DNA from: Balanoglossus misakiensis
Lineage: Eukaryota > Animalia > Hemichordata
Length of the DNA: 64,000 nt
Assembly (NCBI GenBank): GCA_040954595.2
Contig: CM082595.2
Location: 5,792,137-5,856,136 of the forward strand
Direction of reading: 5' to 3'
This document shows positions 27,701 to 36,800 of this stretch, piece after piece. A program made the translations under genes and the position numbers. The notes under the pieces are model-generated. The model did no database searches. It saw nothing but the letters and a program-made list of their open reading frames with translations, and had not been told where the DNA came from. The stretch's first letter is position 1. Each line of letters opens with the position of its first letter.

Positions 27701-30700
27701 TGAATGTGCGGAAATTGACGGCACCCCAGACTCAATGCCGTACGATTTCGTTGCCAGAGTCATTTTGTGGGCGCCCAGTCAGAACGGAAGACGACGACAC
27801 GGGATTTGTTTGCTGTTGAAATATCCGCCGGACGCGTCGATCGTATCAGCGTTCCCTAGTCAACATAATTGCTGTTGCATCGGAACGGAGAATAACATGT
27901 CCCTCGACCTAGATTACTAAGGAAATGGAAATGGCTTCATGTAAATGTAGCAATACATTCTTTAAGGATAGATGCTTTAGATAAAGTCATCTGAAGAGCT
28001 GAGAGCAGAATGCAGATGCCTGTTCAAGGGGGGGGGGGGAGAATTAGGGCACTCAATAATTTACCCCTCTTTGACAGTCATAGTTCCAGATGTACATACG
28101 TCCATATATTTTGTTTTCTTGATTTAAGACTTTCATATTTGTGCAATTAAGGTTCTTTGCTCATGTACAGCAAATACCAGCTGTTCTAATCTGTTTAAAA
28201 CGATGTTATACACATCCGATTGATATTTTATTGGCGACTTTCAATTTGGATTTATATATGGTGCCTAAAAGTACAGTGCTAGACCAGCAAAAACACACAG
28301 TAATCAATTCGTTAGCAATTGAACAACATATCAAGTAATGGCTACCTAACCTCATACTGCATCTCGAATGAGGTTCGATTCTGATTGTCACGATATGCAC
28401 ATTTTGAAGTGCTGTCCACCAAAGGCGTTTGACCAGATGCTGTTTATTCAGCACATTAAAATCTCCACACGAGCTCTCTATACGATAACCTGCGTACAAT
28501 GGGGCAGAGGTGAAAATCTCAAATATTAATAACACCCCGTCTCTTCCGAGTACATGTAGTTTGTTTTATTCCCCGATCAGTCAGCTGTCATTGCGAGATA
28601 TAAATTGAGATCTACTCCATCAGGGATGTAGACTGGAGCACTCGCATTGATCAATAGTGATTGAAATATTATATAGTCTGTAATTAAGTTCTCCGAAAAG
28701 ACGCACCTGCCAAGGATAACAAAAGTGACAGATAAATCCCGCCTGATGTAATCAATGCAATCTTAATTGCCATGTGTGTCTGTTGGCGTCTGTTCTGTTG
28801 ACTCAAAACACCCTGCTGTATCTTGTCAGGGTTTTCGTTCTAATCCCATACATAGTAGATGGCTCAGACAAATGTCTATCATTGAATGCGCGTGGTACAG
28901 CTAGCCTGGATTGCTTCGAGGACAGGCTGCCGGGGACGAAACTGTGCTCAGCGAGTACTGTTGAGGTGGTTATTTTATTCCAGGTACCCCACTGCATTGT
29001 AATCATTGTCATGCGGAATACATAAAAAAATCTCTCGCAGTGATGCACTTGCAAGTACTTGTGTGTGTGTGTGATACTGACTCACGGCGCGTCGTTATAA
29101 CTCGTATTGCGATTGGTGCTACGTTACTCTCCTCGCAGACCAAGACAGCGTGTTGATCTAACCCGTTGTATGACTGCATGGCTAATGGTTACAGCTTCTT
29201 GGAGTAATTTGGCCGAGCTTTCAAATAGGCGAAACATATCGTCGTCCAAGGCGACTTAATTCGTTTATCCGTTGCCGCACGCTCTTCGAAACGCTGCAGA
29301 CAATTTCAGACAACGTCTAGCTGAGATTGTCATGTGAACATTTTTTACACGGTCAACATTTGCAGAGCGAAAATGCTTTGCTAATGTTCTTTATAGGACT
29401 TGGATCCTCCATGTTAATGACCCAAATAAACTGGTTTGCACAATTGTCATACTAGACCCCGACATTCATGATCCACTTCAGATTTATTTGCCAACCTTTA
29501 CAGTTTGTCGAAGTTTTCGAGACTCCTATCATAAAAATGCTACTATCGTCCTAAATGCTGTGTTTATGTATTAAGGGTTATTTGCGCGTCCACACTATGT
29601 CAAGAACTATACTCAAAGGAGAATCAAAACATATTTGTTTTTAAAGGCCCCTTTAAGCTCTGTTGGCATCTTGCCAATACAAACCATTGTGCATGTTGAT
29701 GTCGTTAGAGAGTTTGTGATTGGATTTCTTCTGGGCAGTTGTTGTTGTACGTGTATGCTGTTCCAGCTCTATCGTGTTATCCATTACAACAAATTTGATT
29801 GAGAAGACCTCTTCGCCCAGAAAACATTGCAGACGCTAAAGGCGTATTTAGCGAGTCTACATTTCTCGCTACCCCTGTAATAAAACAATGGCAATCTGCA
29901 ATGCTCTTTTTGAAGTCGGTATATTGACATGCTAAACAAATGCCAAAGTACTAATACATGTACTGAGCTTGATAACAACAAAAGCTACACACAAGAAAAC
30001 TAATACCTGGGCCCGTTAAAAATTAGGTCACCTTGCCACTAAGGGAAAGGGTAGATGAAGGTGCCATTATTCGCGACATAATAGTTCTTGCAAAGCTGAT
30101 GCATAGCACACGACCCTGGATAAGAAAACGAAAGGGCAATATCCTTGGTGTCTGTTGGCGTCATTCTGAATTTGCTACATTCTGGATTGGACAATGTGTA
30201 ATGTCTACAGATTTTACCTTAATGTTGTTTGTTTGATTGTTTGACAATCATGTCATTAATTATAAAAGACAAATGCATAACCATTACCTCAGAGTTATTT
30301 TATGGTATATGCATAATTTATACACCATGATTACCTTTTATGTCACTGCAGGGTGACCTGTAACCTGTGATTCTCTATGGTTCAGAGGGCAGAACAACAT
30401 ATAAGTCGTAATTTCATAATTTCTTCCTTCAAAATATGTATTTTTCACGTATTATTTTTCACTCACCATGTGTCTTTAATTTCAACAATTTCTTACAGGA
30501 TCAAAACAGAGTCAAACGACAAATGAGAACGTTTGTACGACAAGCGGTTGTGTTCAAACCGGTGAGTCACGTGACTATTACGTCATCCCCTTTTATAATA
30601 TTTTGATAATGATACTGATGTAAAGCATGCAGGCATATTCACGTTGATGAAACGAAATCGCATGGTCACATTTTTTTTCGGAAGAGAAACTTTCAGATCT

Positions 30701-30815
30701 AGAGTTAATCTGATATATCAACGAGAAGCGAACAGCGGATAACCAATAAACTACAAATAATGGACATTGAAAATAGAATGAATACTTGATACAATTACAT
30801 GTATTATTATAATAT

Positions 30816-30858
<43 letters not shown>

Positions 30859-33800
30859 TTTTAAGAGGGAAGTCTGTGTTACAAAATAGATTGTAATTTC
30901 CCTCGAAGCCTTCTAGGCTCACAACTATATTTATTTACATAATAGGTACATACAATTCATAACATGAAGCCAATGCTGTCGGTCGGAATTGTAGTTTAAC
31001 TTTACTTTTGCTTCCACTCAGCGTCGGAGCTGTTAAAGAAAATGGATTTATCCGTCGATCCGTGTGTTGACTTTTACCAGTATGCGTGCGGCAAGTGGGA
31101 AAGGGGTCACTACATACCGGAAGATCAGTCAGTCTACGACATTTTCACTGAAATGAGGGACAAAGTGGATCTCATTGGCAAGCGTAAGTCGCATCTTGTC
31201 TCCATGTGTGTTTAATAATGTCTAGTCCGAACAAAATGGCGTCTATATATTATCTCTTTGTTTATACATATAGGTGGTTGAATCCGACTAGATTGTAAAG
31301 ATTTTATTTTTGGAAAACATTTTTAATGCGGAAACTATCAAACTTATATCTTTATTCTAACTGTTGAAAAATGATTCTAATTCTTAAACGATCTGGTCCA
31401 GATACAGCCTTCCTTATCAACTTACATAACACATGTCATTCAGTAATAATCCATTGGCAGCAAAAGTCATTAGTTGCTTTATACTCCAACTTAACCCAGT
31501 ATATTTATTGTATTTTGTGTTGATTTTGTCGACAGGCCTTCTGGAAGAAGAGAGCCCGCCGAGCGAGCCTGAATTTATCACGAAGGCCAAAACCTTCTAT
31601 CGGTCTTGTCTCGATGAATGTGAGTATATAAATCAAGTGTGGGGACGAAAAATCTTCTGCAATGCTATGAGAAAAAGAAGGACCTGCATTAGGAAAAAAT
31701 AGCTGTAACATTTGCTGAAAAAAATTTGCAGACATTACAAAATCCTGTAACCCCCAGAAGTCAATGACCATTGGATTTTTGAGTGTCATGATTTGTATCA
31801 GCACGCCTGTATTGTTGACATCTAGAAGTACCTAACAATAATAGTTGTGTTTGCGTTTTAGCTCAAATTGAGAAGCATGGGAAAGAGCCGATATTAGCTT
31901 TCATAGCTGATCTTGAAGGTTGGCCTGTTATGGGAACTGGTTGGGACAGAAACACATGGAATTTGGTGAAAGTATTGGGGAAACTGCGCACAGTATACGA
32001 CACGCGGACGGTCATCGACATGTGGATTGCAGCCGACGACAAGAACTCGGACAAGCATATAATTTTTGTGAGTTTTTTTTCTTATACACGAATTTTTGTT
32101 AAAGCATAGTCTGAGTGTGACCTCAACGAATACTGTAACATTTTTGCGAAAGTTCTTTAATAACACTGAGAAAAATGGGCACTTTCTGTTGTATTTATCC
32201 CACACGATAATGTCCCGTTGTATCTTTGAAAACCTTTGTCCTCGATTTTGTTTCATAAATGTATGCTATTTTGTTGGCAGGTGGATCAGCCAAGCCTTGG
32301 AATGCCGAGCAGGGATTATTTCTTGAAAAACACAACAGAAACGGTAAATACGTTCATGGCAAATTTTAACGCTTTCACCAGCACGGTTTGGTTCAAATCA
32401 ATTATTTTCTATGATAAAGTTGGACCTGTAAAGAGGGGACTTGGGTGGAATGGTTAAAGGTCAGCTGCCCTCTACGAAAACTGTACCGTTAAGCAGTGCA
32501 ATGTACGACATTGTGGTTATTCAAATTCGTCCAGCATGCTGCTGTGCCTGCAGCTGTATATTTTGAGCAAAACAGACGTAAACCCATCCTTTTTATCATG
32601 GTTAAAATGTCATATAGGCTGGATTTATAATTCTACTTTTTTATTTCAGTATATGAATGCATATCTTGATTATATGGTCAACATAGCCATGTTACTACGA
32701 ACGGACGACGATGAAGAAGATGTTCGTCGCCAGATGGAGGACGCGCTGGCTTTTGAAACAAAAATGGCCGAAGTAAGATGTGCTCTCTCCCCCCCCCTCT
32801 CTCTCTCTCTCTCTGTGATAATGTACACGAATGGTATGAAGCATATTGATTTCAAAATGGAAAGCAACATTTTCAATTTGTGTGGGTATTTTAGATATAT
32901 TTGGTATGACCACAAGTTCTAAGTTCTTATTAATGTAAAACATTGATAACGATTTGTTTACAGTACAGTGTCCCAAAGGCAGATCGTCGAGATATGGACA
33001 AGCTTTACAACAAGATGACGATACGAGAGTTGCAAGATCAAGTACCACAGGTGAAACTAAGAACAGCTTGCTGATAGAACAGCTTGCTCGACAAAATCAT
33101 CATGGCATATTCAAATACATGGAGCTCTCTTTTATACCCGAAACATACATGTAAACTCTGTTGTGATTCGCTGTTTAAAAGGCGTGGGCGTCGTCCTGCC
33201 TGCTGTTCCCATACGACATAGCAGGTCATAGGTCATACGGCAGTTGCTAGCGAGACAAATTATGCGGAAATTGGGACTGCTACAATGTACATCAGTGAAA
33301 ACATTATTGTTGTTACATTGTATTCCACTGTATGTCATGGCAAACAGTCCATCGTTACTTGTTAGCACATTCCTAGTTTATTTGATACACGTGAAACTTA
33401 TGCCATACAGTTGATGAAAAAGATGTAACAAATAACAAAAGTCGTGTGGCGCCAACTGTTTCCGTCAGTTGTTACATTTTGATCATTTGTGTCTCCCGCT
33501 GTGTGACATATATGTGGTTCTAATATATGATGCTTTCTTTTCCCGAATCTACAGTTTGATTGGATGACTTTTATGCAAATGTCAACGCCTGACACCAAAA
33601 TCGATGAAAACGAATATATTGTTAACTACTCGCCTTCATTTATCACTAACCTGGGTGAATTAATCGCTACAACACCAAAAAGGTAGTATTTTTATTTCTG
33701 TTATATTTTGATATCACTGTTAAGTTTGTATGAAACTTTGAAGCACAGACGTAAGCCGTGTGATGAGAAATGCCCGCCGTGACTGATCGAAAGTAATGGA

Positions 33801-36800
33801 GAAGTTTTCCAGTATTCACCGGGCAACATGCCTATACAGCATATATAAGTTTCCCGCCACCGGATCCGCAATAGGCGTATATAACTTTCGTTTTCTTCTC
33901 AAATTTTCATTTCATTCTACAGGACGATAGCGAACTATGTTATCTGGAATATGATCCAGAAGAACGTGGCTTACCTTAGCGGCGAGTTCCGAACGATTCG
34001 TCAGGAATTCCAGAAGATCAGTTTTGGACAAAAGGCACAGCGTGTTCGATGGCGCCAGTGTGTCCGGGAGACGACGGGGTCGCTTGGCATGGCAGTGGGG
34101 GCGCTGTTCGTGGAGGATAACTTCAACGAAGAGAGCAGGGAAACGGTAGGTTGTGACCACCTGGACTCTCTCACAGCCCCTCTCGTCGTCCATGCAGGCT
34201 TATGGGCTGATTGCATAAGGTTAGCTACACAACACCAAACGGTGCTTCTCCCTTGCCAAACGGTTGAGGGAGCGTAGCGAACCGTGGGCTGTGAGAGAGT
34301 CTAGTGAACACACAAACACCTATAAGCGTCAACACCATGGGCATTCTGTGAATTTTGTTTGTAATATAATGTGGCGTTATTTGTGGGAGTTTGTCTTGTA
34401 TTTACCTATATGTAACTTCAGTGTTCCATTGGCTAAATGGCGTGTTTTGTACAATCTCCATTTCTCAGAAGTACTGGTACTATAGTCACAATTGATTCAA
34501 CGTGAAAATTGAAATTAGAATTTTATTGTGTTTCAGGCACTGGAAATGATAAGTGACATTCGTGAATCTTTTCGAACTATGCTCAGGGAGATAGACTGGA
34601 TGGATGCGAGAACCAAAGTGGTGGCTGAAGAAAAGGTCTGTTGTAACAAATCTTTGAAATAAGTTGTAATACTGTTTCGTGATGTATCTTAAATAGGCAA
34701 CTTGCAGAGAAAATCGCTTTCGCCTAATTATTCTATTTTAATTTAAATTGGTATAAAATGTGTTTGAGAAACATTGTCTTGTAATCTCACATTTGTTTTC
34801 GAATACAGGCTGACGCCATCATCGAACGCATCGGATATCCAGATTATATTCTTGATCCGGAAATTATGAACGAAGAATACAAATCGGTATGTCCATGTAC
34901 ATTTATTGAATCCCTATCCTTATTTAAAAGCTCCATTAGCTGTACCTTTTCGCTATGTTTTCAGTAATTTTGTTTTATGCATGTACTGCAGTTTTTTCGT
35001 TCAAATATCCGAAGCAAGATTTGATGCCTAGCATTTATCTTGCCAACACAACTCATATGTGTATTTAGTCAGCATTGTTATTGTTCACAATGTGTATGTA
35101 CCTGCAAATGTGCATTGCTTATGATAGTTTCTATATCATTTTAGGTACATGTGAATCCGACAAATTTCTTTCAAAACGTCCTTGCTATCTACAAATGGTC
35201 AGCCTATGAGTCACTGTCGCAGCTCAGGAAAACTGTTGATAAAGAAAAGTAAGATTAGATTTTTTTTGATAATGGTGAATAATAAACGCGGTCAGTGTGA
35301 TCAATTGCATAGGATTATCATACTTTTTTATTTTTAATATTTTTTATTATCATACTTTAACCCCTTGAGTGCGCTACAGATGGAGACTTTCTTCAACTCC
35401 GAGAATCATTCTGTTATGAATTGGTTTCCCGTCAAATTAGTTACCATAGGTTTGATCGGGGCTGTGCTTTTTGACCATTTCAGATGGAAGACGACGCCAG
35501 CAACGGTGAATGCTTTCTACAATCCGTCCAGAAATGAAATTGGTGAGTTCGATCAGCCATGTTTTTTTCCACGTGGTCGTAGGTTCCTTCAGCACACTTT
35601 TTTCATTTGTAAAAGTGCGCCCTCTTGCTAAGTATTTACTTTCTCTTGTTTTCCTCAGCATTTCCAGCTGGTATACTGCAGCCGCCATTTTACAGCCAAG
35701 ATCACCCAAAGTGAGTATAGCGCCAACAATTCCACCTTTTGTACACTGTCTTTGATATCATTAATAAAGCTCTTGAAAGATACCAGCAAGGTGAAAATAC
35801 ATGCTAGTAAATTATTACCATATATTGTATATCCCATAGGTCAATGAACTATGGAGGGATTGGAATGGTTATAGGACATGAGATCACTCATGGGTTTGAC
35901 GACAGAGGTAAAATAAAGTTTAAATTTACAGCAATTATTATTTTATTGTTGTTGTTGTTGTTGTTTTGCTGTTGTGTTGTTGTCGTCATCGTCATCATGC
36001 TTATGATTATTGTTGTTGTCACTACCTACATGTTGTGGATTCTGTTGGATTCTCTGGCAGGGCGCCAATATGACAAGAACGGAAATACGCACCAATGGTG
36101 GAGTGAAGAGTCAGTGGAGAATTTCAAGAAGAAGGCGCAATGCATTGTGGACCAGTATTCAAATTACACCGTACCGGAAATCAACATGAATGTGAGTGAA
36201 AACGTCAGGGAATGACGTCAGCTGCCACGTCAGTGACATTAGATGTCGTATTTTCTGACGGCTGCTATCTATAGTAGAGTGTTGCCATGTTTTATCTTAT
36301 TAATCTTTTCATAAAATCTGTTGACTAGATAATATGCCTGTCAACAAAGCCAAGTTTATCTGTAAATCAAAAATATGGGAAATTGCTAATTAAGCCTTGA
36401 TCAGACTTGAATTCGGCAATTGCTTCCTCTTGGTAGCATTTTCATAGTCTTTTCACACATTTGACGTCAATAACACAATTGTGTGTATGCCTGGGATGTT
36501 ATCAGGTAAGAATCTAACTTTCATGATAATAAGCGCTGTAATTTATTTAACAGATAAATGGAGTGCAGACGCAAGGCGAAAACATTGCTGATAATGGCGG
36601 AATGAAGGAGGCATTCATGGTGAGAAACAACATCAATAACCTATCTAATTTGTCCTAATTGATCAGTGAAAATTAATTTATGTTTACTGAGTTATGCTTC
36701 ACTTTGTGTGCTCACTACCAATGAACATATGAACAGCCCTGGAACCCAACAGGCAGAAAAACTTTTAATAGCCTGAATGTTTACAATTATGTCGATGGTT

